Below are positions 16,783 to 26,224 of a DNA stretch of 55,008 nt, one piece after another (the stretch's first letter is position 1; each line of letters starts with the position of its first letter). Made by a program: the position numbers and the translations under genes. The notes under the pieces were generated by a model that ran no database searches, was not told the origin of the DNA, and was given only the letters and a program-made list of their open reading frames with translations. The DNA is from a virus (Duplodnaviria > Caudoviricetes). Location: IMG/VR virus record IMGVR_UViG_3300009149_000040, positions 1 through 55,008 of that record, one strand, 5' to 3'.

Positions 16783-18114
16783 TTACCTTCCAATCAGATT
16801 TTTTGCTTGTCTGCTCCAAATTTTAGAAGAGGTGCTACGAAGCTCTGCTTTAATTCCTGGTTTCGTAAGCCCTAAATGGTCACATGCGGCTTTACCCAAC
16901 CTCTTCATCTCCGTAGCTGAGAACACTTTATCCGCTCGATCTGCCCACGCAGTAAAAAAATCGTTACCTTCGGGGTCTAGTATAATCTCTGCGAACTCTC
17001 GCAACTTAGGCGTAAGGTTGTTTATTATATGTTTGCTTTCGTCTGTGACGCAAGAACATTCGTCTGTTCGTGCGTCTTCATCTGGGAGCTTATGAATAAG
17101 CGGAATGCTTTCCTCATTAGCTACAGTGTCTATTGAAACACAAGTCTGTTGAAACTCATCGAAGCTAGTAGGAGAAAAGTCTATATACCTACTACGTTTG
17201 CTGTACTTTCCTTCCTTACGTAAAACTGCTGCCTCTTCTGCCTCATCCTTGGTTTCGTACAGCCGTTTACAGGGTACCAAGAAAACATTGCTAGTATCAC
17301 AATCCTGTACGAGTACGTAAAGACTATCTCCGCGTTTCACACGTAACTTTTGGTCTGGACTTACCTTGACGTTACTGATAGAAAAGTCATGAATATTCAG
17401 ATACCAAACAGCTCTGTAGGCATCTTTTTTGCTAACACGCATCAAAGATTGCCGCTTACTCCTACTAGCAGACTCGGCAATGTTAACTGCGTTATTTTGA
17501 ATACCTACAACCACGTTCTTGATCATGTGATCTTCTGTAATATTTGTTACTTCGTACTCTCTAATAATTTTTGTAGCTTGCATTCTAAGTTGGTTTATGA
17601 GGTCATCTGCTTCTAAAGGGGCATGATGGAAGATAAAAGCTAACTGACGAAACACTATGTTCCGTATTATAGGGTCAACGTGCCTGATGATATCGTCTAT
17701 TTGTTTCTTTGAATAGTTACCTAGAACAGGTGGTAGTGCGCGAAGCGTAGCTTTTTCTGCAGTGTTAAGGTATTTTTTAAGTTCTAACAAATCTTCAACT
17801 TCTAGTTTATAGATCTTTGAGGTAGCTTTTATCAGATCCATTGAGCAAACAGGCTGTATAGCTAAATGGTGTGCTGCGCGGTAGAGATCATTCTTATAGG
17901 TAGAGTAGTCGAGGTCATCCTTCAAACTCATTAGACCATTTCGGATCTTTTCACTCTTTGGGAATATCCACTTGACAGCTTTACGGTACGCTCTAGATCT
18001 TATAAACCTGCAAGCATATAGAATTATTAGTCTAGTTGTACGATCATAGGATTTGGCATCTAACTCGGTATGAGCCACTGCTCTATGCACACGAATGCAT
18101 AAAAGTTCTTGCAT
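16783..18114 (-). CDS. sigma-70-like phage transcription factor
   Basis: region 2-like PIIRNIV...ADDLINQL, region 3.2-like VSIDTVANEE..LIHKLPD, region 4-like IINNLTPKLRE; RBS aggag. Confidence 0.55.
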   Translation of the reverse strand: MQELLCIRVHRAVAHTELDAKSYDRTTRLIILYACRFIRSRAYRKAVKWIFPKSEKIRNGLMSLKDDLDYSTYKNDLYRAAHHLAIQPVCSMDLIKATSKIYKLEVEDLLELKKYLNTAEKATLRALPPVLGNYSKKQIDDIIRHVDPIIRNIVFRQLAFIFHHAPLEADDLINQLRMQATKIIREYEVTNITEDHMIKNVVVGIQNNAVNIAESASRSKRQSLMRVSKKDAYRAVWYLNIHDFSISNVKVSPDQKLRVKRGDSLYVLVQDCDTSNVFLVPCKRLYETKDEAEEAAVLRKEGKYSKRSRYIDFSPTSFDEFQQTCVSIDTVANEESIPLIHKLPDEDARTDECSCVTDESKHIINNLTPKLREFAEIILDPEGNDFFTAWADRADKVFSATEMKRLGKAACDHLGLTKPGIKAELRSTSSKIWSRQAKNLIGR

Positions 18115-18174
18115 GAACTTCTCTCCTATTCCGTTTTGTTAGTTACCCAGCCGATTGTCTTAGCATACTCAGTT

Positions 18175-18202
18175 AGTATACTGAGCTAAATCGACCTGTC
18201 AA
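18175..18202 (-). promoter_or_regulatory. sigma70-type promoter TTGACA-N16-TATACT with overlapping inverted repeat
   Basis: tgtcaa 18197-202, agtata 18175-80; ctcagt..actgag dyad over the -10. Confidence 0.6.
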
Positions 18203-18376
18203 CATTTTTATGTTTTACGTTAGTTTAACAATATCGGAGGGTTAACTAGGTGAGACAAGAATTAAATGATAAAAATATGGGGATACGGCAGATTAGAGAT
18301 CTCAAGAAAGTGTAAAATTGACGACAAACTAGGAGGGTAATGTAGTTAGATACTACATAAGTAGGTGGAATCTAAC

Positions 18377-19798
18377 TTATTTTCCAAGAGGATTCTTAAC
18401 TCCTCCACCTGCAGGTTGATCTGATTTAGTAGTGTCTTGGCTGGCTCTGTTAAGCAGTTCTAGCAACTCAACAGACACATCTTTTTGTGGTTTCCTGGTA
18501 CGGCGATCCTCTACATTTACAGCTGCTTTGTAAGCTTCCGCTAAAGTTAAATTTGAACTCAAAAGTCCCTTTGCGTTCGCTTCCGTATTAACAAGTAAGG
18601 TCTGGTTACAGATGTTCATACCAGCCTCAAGGAACTTTAGCCTACCTCCAGGCTGCTTATCAAAGATATACTGCATCTGATACGGAGCGTTTATACCGGC
18701 AACCATATGACCAGTTTTTTCATCTATTCCGTAGCGTACCTCTCCGCTATACTGCTCATGGGCTGTAAGTTGTCGAACAGCTCTTTCAATACTAGCTTTA
18801 ATAGATACTTTCTTAGGTGACTTACCAGTTGCTTCGTTTTCTATTTCTTTTATAAAATCTGTGTAGGGAACACCTTGTAGAGTTGTTAGGTAATCTATTA
18901 TCTTTTTCGATTGCGCCATATTTATATAACGGTTCTTCTGCAGCGCTTCAATCATCTGTCTAACTTGTGTGATATCTTGCCAATTTTCTATAGGCTTTTT
19001 ACTGTTCTGGTCAACTCGGTTCTCCCATATGTCAACTAATACAGCTTTTACCCAATCACGTACCACTTCTACATCTGCGCTTTCCTTAGGTATTTCAAGC
19101 CTTTTTTCTGCTCGTACGTCTGATAGACCTTTTTGAAGAAAGCTAACTGCGGATAGTAGTTCATCGTAGTGTCTAGTACTCGGTTCAGCCCCAAAGTAGT
19201 GGTCGCAGAAATCAAATATAACCTGAGATACTGCGAACCCTTTTAAGTGATACCCTAGCCCCTTGTCTATGGCATCCTTGAACCCTTCCCAGAAACTTCC
19301 CCCGGAAGACTCTCCCGCTTTTATCACGTAATCAAATATAACAGATGGATTATTAAACGCACCCTTACCTAGTTCTCCATCAGTAACTACAAAAGATAAC
19401 TCTACCCCATCAGAATCTAAAGAAACAAGAGGCTCGTTTTCTTTGTAAGTTACTTTATGCTTGTCTAGAGTCTTACGTGCATCTGCAGCTGCTTTTTCTA
19501 CGAGGTCATTGGCATCTTTAACATGCTCCGCTACAGGTAGTGGAGGCTGCGCAAAAGGGTTAGCTGCATCTTCACTTTGTGGTTCTTGTCCGCGAGTGTT
19601 AAGCTTCTCTTTAAGCTTTTGCTGCTGCTGCTCTATCTGCTTCTGTCTGGACTCAAATTCTTGTACTGTAAAAAGTGGTTTATCAACAGCTATCTTATAG
19701 ATAGCTCCACGAAACCGTATATTAGTTGGAGGATAGCCCATGGTGCTAGGCGTCTGGATACTCAGTACGGAAGGGACGTTCGGTTCTATACTCGTCAA
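18377..19798 (-). CDS. putative virion protein with hairpin tag
   Basis: PTNIRFRGAIYKIA near the likely start MGYPP. Confidence 0.65.
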   Translation of the reverse strand: MTSIEPNVPSVLSIQTPSTMGYPPTNIRFRGAIYKIAVDKPLFTVQEFESRQKQIEQQQQKLKEKLNTRGQEPQSEDAANPFAQPPLPVAEHVKDANDLVEKAAADARKTLDKHKVTYKENEPLVSLDSDGVELSFVVTDGELGKGAFNNPSVIFDYVIKAGESSGGSFWEGFKDAIDKGLGYHLKGFAVSQVIFDFCDHYFGAEPSTRHYDELLSAVSFLQKGLSDVRAEKRLEIPKESADVEVVRDWVKAVLVDIWENRVDQNSKKPIENWQDITQVRQMIEALQKNRYINMAQSKKIIDYLTTLQGVPYTDFIKEIENEATGKSPKKVSIKASIERAVRQLTAHEQYSGEVRYGIDEKTGHMVAGINAPYQMQYIFDKQPGGRLKFLEAGMNICNQTLLVNTEANAKGLLSSNLTLAEAYKAAVNVEDRRTRKPQKDVSVELLELLNRASQDTTKSDQPAGGGVKNPLGK

Positions 19799-21137
19799 GG
19801 TGATCCAAGTATAGATCCAAAGTGGATTTCTGGAAGAGACCTATCTCTGCCATGTACACAAACAGATCTACCATCTCCTTTTCGTTTAAAGGATGATTTG
19901 GATCTTTTGAGAACATATCGGCAAAGTCGGTAACACTTAGGTTAAGATGTGACGGTTTACCCATCAACTTCTTCTGCTGTTTCAAAATGTATTCACGATA
20001 AAAAGTAAGAGCTAGTTCTTCTTTCTTTTTATCGCGTTTGAAATCTTCTTCTGCAGCCTCACCTACATCATACATATGTGGTCCACTTTCGTAGGGGAGC
20101 ATATCATCAGGATGAGGAACAAAATCTGGAGTGGGGTAGTTTACATAATCTTTAGGTGGCCAATAGCTTTGTGCTCCTGGTCCCTGTTCAGGCTTATGTT
20201 CAAAAGCTGCGGATTTATCTTTTGTGTTGTTCATAGTTTCATCCGTGCTGTAGAAACGAATTGGTGTCTGCCTTACAGTAGGACGCCAAATGGTATCTGT
20301 AATACTAGATGGGTAGTTTGGGTTCCTTGGTAAGAAGGAATCAGGAAGCACCCTAATAGTATGTAAATCAGGGCTTTCCAAACGAATAGGATCATACACT
20401 GTAGGAGTAGGTATACCTAACTCCGAGTTATCGAATCCAGTATACGTGTAGGATAATGGAATATTAACTACTTTAGTAATATCAGAGTCAGGAAGGTAAA
20501 GAACTACACGGATGTTTCCACCCTCTACTGATCTATCTCCATCTTCGTTCTTTTTTACTACAACGGCGCGTTCACCATTAAGGTCGATACCTTGTAGTTC
20601 TGTAACAACCATTCCAGGCTCTAGGGTCTCTACAGTATCTGCGGTCCTGCTACCAAACTCTGCTGTGATATCTACGTAGTCTACATAAGCATCTCGTTGA
20701 AGAGAGGCGAATTCTTCTTGAACATCCACTAGCATCCTACTATCTTTTGGGATATCTTCAGTCAATGGTGGCCACAGCCTTGCGAATTCTTTACTTATTA
20801 TGGACTCCTTCTCAGAGTCTCCTAGACCCAATTTACACATGCATACTTGTATGCGCTTTGGATCTCCACTTTTAGGATCATCTAATTCTACGATTACAGC
20901 AGGGGGCTCAAGTTCAATTTTATCTCCATACTTCCCAGCATGGATAGCGATATCAACTATTTTTCCAGGACCGAGAGGTGTAGTAACCTCTTGTCCTACT
21001 TCCAGCAATGAAACTACTTCATCGCTAGACACGTCAACGTCTTCTCCTGCGTACTTGTACTCTGCGTTTACAACAGAGTCCTCAGGGGAAAGTTCGTAAA
21101 CGTGAGTTCCAACACGTATGTAAAGAGGACGCGGCAT
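19746..21137 (-). CDS. putative virion protein with N-terminal tag
   Basis: PLYIRVGTHVYELS. Confidence 0.65.
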   Translation of the reverse strand: MPRPLYIRVGTHVYELSPEDSVVNAEYKYAGEDVDVSSDEVVSLLEVGQEVTTPLGPGKIVDIAIHAGKYGDKIELEPPAVIVELDDPKSGDPKRIQVCMCKLGLGDSEKESIISKEFARLWPPLTEDIPKDSRMLVDVQEEFASLQRDAYVDYVDITAEFGSRTADTVETLEPGMVVTELQGIDLNGERAVVVKKNEDGDRSVEGGNIRVVLYLPDSDITKVVNIPLSYTYTGFDNSELGIPTPTVYDPIRLESPDLHTIRVLPDSFLPRNPNYPSSITDTIWRPTVRQTPIRFYSTDETMNNTKDKSAAFEHKPEQGPGAQSYWPPKDYVNYPTPDFVPHPDDMLPYESGPHMYDVGEAAEEDFKRDKKKEELALTFYREYILKQQKKLMGKPSHLNLSVTDFADMFSKDPNHPLNEKEMVDLFVYMAEIGLFQKSTLDLYLDHLDEYRTERPFRTEYPDA

Positions 21138-21138
21138 A

Positions 21139-21525
21139 CTATTTCCTTATAGGGCGTAACGCTGCAAGCTCAGCAATAGCGTTTTGATAGTATTTCTCTG
21201 GTCCCTTCCTTGAAAGAACGCGTATTTCTTTAGAGAAATCCGACCTTAACTGTCGTACACTAGAGAGTAACTTCCACAACGACTTCATAATCACATTAGC
21301 GTAAACTGTCTTCAAACTTGTCTTATATGGAATAGGAGATTCCATAACCAGTTGTGCCAGTGCTATTGTGCACGCAAGTACAAAGGCGCGTTTAACAGAT
21401 TCAGATGGAGTAGCAGCTGCGCGTTCCAGCTCCATCGTTAGGTCTTTTATAGACCGTCTGTATTGACGATGGACTACAGGGTTGGTCTGGATAACTTCTT
21501 GTTCTTGCTGGTCAATCTCTGGCAT
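21139..21525 (-). CDS. hypothetical protein
   Basis: 128 aa ORF in a tightly packed operon. Confidence 0.6.
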   Translation of the reverse strand: MPEIDQQEQEVIQTNPVVHRQYRRSIKDLTMELERAAATPSESVKRAFVLACTIALAQLVMESPIPYKTSLKTVYANVIMKSLWKLLSSVRQLRSDFSKEIRVLSRKGPEKYYQNAIAELAALRPIRK

Positions 21526-21532
21526 TTGGTAT

Positions 21533-21844
21533 CTAGTCTACTAGTAGGTACGTAGCCCCTTTGTATTTAAGATACTTTACAGCTTGGGATCCAGGTTCTT
21601 GTACTATCTCGTAAACAAATCCACTAACTTTAATCCGCTTAGGAGGTTGCGCTTCTCCATGCTTACGCCATTGGATTGCACGTTCTTGCTTCTTAGCTGC
21701 CTCTTCATTTGGGTGTCTACCGAGAAGTCTATGCGGTTTACTATGAGTGTACAAACAAACCTTTTGCTCGGACAAAGGACGATCTGGATCAATATCCTTT
21801 TTTCGGCAGTCTTTGATCACTGCTGTTACCAGTTTTGAGGGCAT
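21533..21844 (-). CDS. small protein with CRxKD domain and two tags
   Basis: domain shared with 28445-29536; IKVSGFVY, LKYKGATY. Confidence 0.65.
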   Translation of the reverse strand: MPSKLVTAVIKDCRKKDIDPDRPLSEQKVCLYTHSKPHRLLGRHPNEEAAKKQERAIQWRKHGEAQPPKRIKVSGFVYEIVQEPGSQAVKYLKYKGATYLLVD

Positions 21845-22747
21845 CTATTTAGAGTCCAAAATGTAGTCTACACCTTGAAACTTAATCTTTTTTGGTAGGC
21901 TACTGGACCGTTTTCTAATAGGACGACGAGTTGTGGTTGCACTCTTCCTACGCAGCTCGTTTGTTTTCTTGATGTTTGCTTTATATAGTGTACCACCAAC
22001 AGTGATATACCGTGGGAAACGTACCAGTGTACGTTTGGGATTACCATCTGCAGTCTTAGCGTGTACTTGATCTTGAAGAGCAACATAGTCAGCCGACATA
22101 GCTAGATCTGCAACTTTAGAGCCAAGGTCCTTAAGGTTCATCAACTCTTCAAGAATACTACTTAGCTCCTCTGCTTTACTGGGATCTTTTGAGGATACCT
22201 CTTTTGCTAGTCTATCCCAACCGTGTAACAGTGGAAGAATCCTTCCAAAAACATCCATAAATTCATCTAGCTTAGCTAACGCTTTACCATACGCAGCAGC
22301 TAGTTGTGATCCAATGGAACTGCTATACCGGCTGTATGGATGGTCCATGGGAACTTCATCTTCATAGTCTTCTTCTTCTCTACGTTCTGCTTCCTCTCCA
22401 GGAAGATCACGTCCGTGACCCTCTTCAAAAGGAACTTCTGAAAACTCGCCAACGAACGTACCAAGTATACCAGAGGCATCTTCCCAGAATTTCATAAAGG
22501 TCTTTAGAACTTGATCATCTTCTTTGTCAAGACCCTCTCCAGGAACGTTATCTTGCCTACGTTTCAGCAACTCGTTTGCTGGACCCATCTTAGCCTTATC
22601 AAGAATAGTTATAACTTCAGAAGCGATAGCATGGATATCCCCTGCTACTGCATTGAGCTTTGCTTTGTATTGATCCAAAGAAGTCTCAGCTAAAACATAG
22701 ATGTTTCCTCCAACACGAATAACAGGAGGTTGTGCTGTATCTTTCAT
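21845..22747 (-). CDS. putative virion protein with three tags
   Basis: IRVGGNIY, ITVGGTLY, IKFQGVDY. Confidence 0.65.
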   Translation of the reverse strand: MKDTAQPPVIRVGGNIYVLAETSLDQYKAKLNAVAGDIHAIASEVITILDKAKMGPANELLKRRQDNVPGEGLDKEDDQVLKTFMKFWEDASGILGTFVGEFSEVPFEEGHGRDLPGEEAERREEEDYEDEVPMDHPYSRYSSSIGSQLAAAYGKALAKLDEFMDVFGRILPLLHGWDRLAKEVSSKDPSKAEELSSILEELMNLKDLGSKVADLAMSADYVALQDQVHAKTADGNPKRTLVRFPRYITVGGTLYKANIKKTNELRRKSATTTRRPIRKRSSSLPKKIKFQGVDYILDSK

Positions 22748-22770
22748 ACCAGTGCTCCGTTCAAAATAGG

Positions 22771-23115
22771 TTACGACTTCAACAGGCGAAGTTCATCTTT
22801 TGCTGCTGAGTTGACCGTTCTAGAAAGTCTTTCAATCTCTTCTAGCACACTTATCCAAGGGTCAATCTCCCCTTTGCTATAAGCGTCTTTTAGTTTTTCG
22901 GCCTGATCGGATAGTTGTAACATATACTTACGGATTATGTACAACGAAGGTTTATCTCCCGCGTTAAGTTGTGAGAACTGTGTAATATCTTCTGCGTCGT
23001 CTTCTGCACGGTGCATAGACTTCAACCTAGTTCCACCAGCAGTAGGAGCCTCTGTTTCTACAAGCTCGTAAAGAACATCCCCAACACGGATCCTCTTAGC
23101 AGGAGTTTTGTACAT
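22771..23115 (-). CDS. putative virion protein with N-terminal tag
   Basis: AKRIRVGDVLYELV. Confidence 0.6.
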   Translation of the reverse strand: MYKTPAKRIRVGDVLYELVETEAPTAGGTRLKSMHRAEDDAEDITQFSQLNAGDKPSLYIIRKYMLQLSDQAEKLKDAYSKGEIDPWISVLEEIERLSRTVNSAAKDELRLLKS

Positions 23116-23714
23116 TACTTTTCTCCCTCAGATCTTTCCCAAATTTTTGGTAAAAACCCTCCACGTTGCAACCACTCGTCTAATCCCAAAAAGTATCCTG
23201 CCATCTCTACGGCGGCGTCACTTTCGTTTTCGTCATCCACAATAGAGTTAGCAAGCTCTTGTACTTTACGTAGAGCTACTTCAGGATCCATTGCTAGCTT
23301 GTAGATATGGTTCCCTACTTTTATCATTTTTGGAGGTTTAGTACTCATGGAAGCTTCTTTCTTACTAGCGTTAGCGTCCCAAAACTTGTCTGCGTTTTGC
23401 AGAGCAAGCTCCATTCTTCTACGCCCTACTGGATTAGCAGAGTGTACATTCCAAACTATACGAGGTACGGTTCCATCGAAAGCCTGACGTTCAATCCATA
23501 CTGCGACATCGTATCCAGTACCAACGTCTATACCTACATCAGATCCTTCCCCCAAATCATGATCCAGTGATACTTCGGATACTTTTCCAGATTTAAGAAG
23601 TCGGATAGCATCTTGTGCGGTTTTGACATGAACGTCAAATCCTGGGGGTGCAGGCCGAATGTCATCTAGCCATAAACGCATAATGTATCCCCGCTTAAAC
23701 TTCCTCTTCTTCAT
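23115..23714 (-). CDS. cyclic-phosphate-processing receiver-like domain fused to a tagged module
   Basis: LWLDDIRPAP, VSLDHDLG, GYDVAVWIE, VHSANPVG; then PKMIKVGNHIYKLA. Confidence 0.75.
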   Translation of the reverse strand: MKKRKFKRGYIMRLWLDDIRPAPPGFDVHVKTAQDAIRLLKSGKVSEVSLDHDLGEGSDVGIDVGTGYDVAVWIERQAFDGTVPRIVWNVHSANPVGRRRMELALQNADKFWDANASKKEASMSTKPPKMIKVGNHIYKLAMDPEVALRKVQELANSIVDDENESDAAVEMAGYFLGLDEWLQRGGFLPKIWERSEGEK

Positions 23715-24246
23715 CCTTTTTCTTAAGGCGCTCTCTAGCTATTTCTAGATTAGTTTCCTCACGAAAAGACTTCTCAAGTTCATCATCAGTAGTAACAGGA
23801 CGGAAATCCTTCGCACCGATTTTCTGTTTTTCTACATTCGCGTTGAATAACTTCTGGTCAAGAAGACCGTACTTAACAGCAATGTCAGCAGCAGCTGACA
23901 TATACTGATGTACCACTTCAACGTTTCCTAAAGCTATAGCAAGCTGCTCATTAAAAGTTGCTATCCGATCCCAAAGTTCTTCTTTGGTAAGAAGACCCTC
24001 TTCCTTAAGATCAAGGACATCACGGATACCAGTTTTCCTGAAATAAGCTAGCCCCAACGCACGTTCAATATCGCCTACAAGACCAACTGACTCATCAAGA
24101 GCAGTCAACAATGGCTTGAAACGACGAGAAGTGTATTCTTTAACGGCTTTTGACAGGTAGATACTATTAGGATCTACGTCGGCACGTACGTAATCTGCAC
24201 CACGAAATCGGATCCTGTAAGGAACCTTCTTTTTCGTCTGGGCCAT
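23695..24246 (-). CDS. putative virion protein with N-terminal tag
   Basis: PYRIRFRGADYVRA. Confidence 0.6.
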   Translation of the reverse strand: MAQTKKKVPYRIRFRGADYVRADVDPNSIYLSKAVKEYTSRRFKPLLTALDESVGLVGDIERALGLAYFRKTGIRDVLDLKEEGLLTKEELWDRIATFNEQLAIALGNVEVVHQYMSAAADIAVKYGLLDQKLFNANVEKQKIGAKDFRPVTTDDELEKSFREETNLEIARERLKKKDEEEEV

Positions 24247-24258
24247 AACGCTCTCCAG

Positions 24259-25071
24259 TTACACAGCTTTAATTAGGCCAGTGAGTTCTTCAATATGCTC
24301 AAGGGCGTCTCTTTTTAAACTGGCTTTCACGCCACCCTCTAAATCTTTTTTACCGAGTTGCTTAACAGCGATATTCAATGATATCATCTCATTTTGGATA
24401 GCTATACCATGAGCTGCCAACTTATAGATTACCCCACCAACACGAATAACTTGAGGGGGTGTGTTCTTCTTTGTCATCTTTAAGGTCTCCTTACTAACTG
24501 AGGATTGTTTTTTAGGTGTCCACACTGGACGTTCTGAACGAAGAATTTTCATAGGATCGAGGTCGAATTCCCAACGTTTGAGCATGTTCTTAATGCCTTC
24601 AACAGGGACTCCATGTACAGTCTTACTTACAAGAGTTTCTGCCAACTCTTGCAACTCTTCTTCCGACATATTGGGCTTAAAGTTATTCCACCAAGGAGAT
24701 TCAGGTTCTACAATCTCTACGTCGTAACCTTCTGTCATACCGATTACTACGTAAGGCTTGGCTTCCCAACCTTGTGTAGTTGTGTTATCAACTACAATTG
24801 GTGTGATCCCCTTATGTGCAGCATCCCATACGCGCTTCTGATTCCACTTATGTGCTTCTTGTAGCTTGGTAGGATTGAAGTTGTACTCCTCCCCTTCCAT
24901 GAAGAAGTCATCTGTGGAAAATACTTTACCAGATCCAGCTAACTGCTTAGCCTTTGTGGACTTACCGGATCCAGATACTCCACGCATGATATACATCTTC
25001 TTAGGAGCATCCGCTAAACGGTAAACTTGTCCTTTAACCTTGATATACTTTGGTAGAGATTTAGTAGTCAT
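24259..25071 (-). CDS. N4BP2-like P-loop polynucleotide kinase (AAA_33) flanked by two tags
   Basis: MRGVSGSGKST, FSTDDFF, AHKWNQ, IVVDNT, HGVP. Confidence 0.8.
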   Translation of the reverse strand: MTTKSLPKYIKVKGQVYRLADAPKKMYIMRGVSGSGKSTKAKQLAGSGKVFSTDDFFMEGEEYNFNPTKLQEAHKWNQKRVWDAAHKGITPIVVDNTTTQGWEAKPYVVIGMTEGYDVEIVEPESPWWNNFKPNMSEEELQELAETLVSKTVHGVPVEGIKNMLKRWEFDLDPMKILRSERPVWTPKKQSSVSKETLKMTKKNTPPQVIRVGGVIYKLAAHGIAIQNEMISLNIAVKQLGKKDLEGGVKASLKRDALEHIEELTGLIKAV

Positions 25072-25073
25072 GG

Positions 25074-26099
25074 TTAACGCCTAGGACTGATAATATCAAG
25101 TTCTTTTAAGAAAAGGCTAACAGCGTTGCCTTGACTTACACCAACAGAATCTAGGTTTTGTTTTTGTACTTCCTTAATAGCATCCAAAATACTAGAAAGA
25201 GACGTCGACTTACCTAAAAATACCTCACGTACGAATTTTTCACCACTAGGCCCGGCTCTAAGTGCTTCTAGTACTGTGTGTATTAGTTCACTGGGTGCGA
25301 TATCTTTTCCACGAACAGCAGGATCTTTTCTGGGATACGGCTTGCCATCCTCAGCGTAACCTATGTCCGGAAACTCTAAACCAGTATCTTCATCTAGATT
25401 ATAGCCCGCTGCACGTCTGTACAGATGGCCTTTAACCTTGATATACTTTGGTTTTACAGAAGCACCATAGTAAAGAGGCTCTTCCGGTTCGTCTTCCTTG
25501 GGCCTAAATTCTTCAGGTTCCTCTTTAGAAATAAACTGTAGAAACTCAACAAGATTTTTAAATGATTCTACAGCATATTCTACCTTGCCAGCAATCTGGC
25601 TGGGTAGATCGTGGATAGGTAGCTCATCTTTAATCTCGTTTGCACGGACTACCTCGTGTTTCAGATCCGCTAGTACATTATGTACTAGTTCTTGTACCAC
25701 TCTTTTATCTTCTGGATTAATTGCGGGGTACTCATCCAGTGATAGATTACCTGCTGCAACGCCCCTCTGCTGTCGGAGTATTGGAGGTGTAACAGAGACA
25801 GGACGCTTAGCGTCCTGGCGACCAGGCCGTTCTTTTCCTACAGCGTTTTTAAGCTCTACCCAAGAACGGTGTGCAGCTTCCCATAAACTACGAAGCATAC
25901 TTTCTAATTCTGTTGGAAGGTTATTTCCTATATTTTGTACGGCATCAGCAACAAAGTTTAGAGTGTCCCCTATTTCTCTAGAAGCATACCATAGTTCGTA
26001 AATAAACTTATCTTTATCTTTGAGGTAGTCTTCTTTACGATCTGCAATTTTATAAACACGTCCATTGACCTTGATGCGTGCAGGAAGATTTCCCATCAT
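25074..26099 (-). CDS. putative virion protein with two tags
   Basis: PARIKVNGRVYKIA, PKYIKVKGHLYRRA. Confidence 0.65.
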   Translation of the reverse strand: MMGNLPARIKVNGRVYKIADRKEDYLKDKDKFIYELWYASREIGDTLNFVADAVQNIGNNLPTELESMLRSLWEAAHRSWVELKNAVGKERPGRQDAKRPVSVTPPILRQQRGVAAGNLSLDEYPAINPEDKRVVQELVHNVLADLKHEVVRANEIKDELPIHDLPSQIAGKVEYAVESFKNLVEFLQFISKEEPEEFRPKEDEPEEPLYYGASVKPKYIKVKGHLYRRAAGYNLDEDTGLEFPDIGYAEDGKPYPRKDPAVRGKDIAPSELIHTVLEALRAGPSGEKFVREVFLGKSTSLSSILDAIKEVQKQNLDSVGVSQGNAVSLFLKELDIISPRR

Positions 26100-26177
26100 A
26101 ATTCTCCAGAATGCTTAGTAAAATTGGATTGTTAAATCAGATCCCAACAGAAGCTGGTTAAACGATCCAAGGCAGAG

Positions 26178-26209
26178 AAAACCCCCGGAGGGATGTCCCT
26201 CCGGGGGTT
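26178..26209 (-). terminator. intrinsic terminator after major capsid gene
   Basis: perfect aacccccggaggga/tccctccgggggtt hairpin with T-run on the - strand. Confidence 0.85.
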
Positions 26210-26224
26210 GGGTTATACGCTCAA

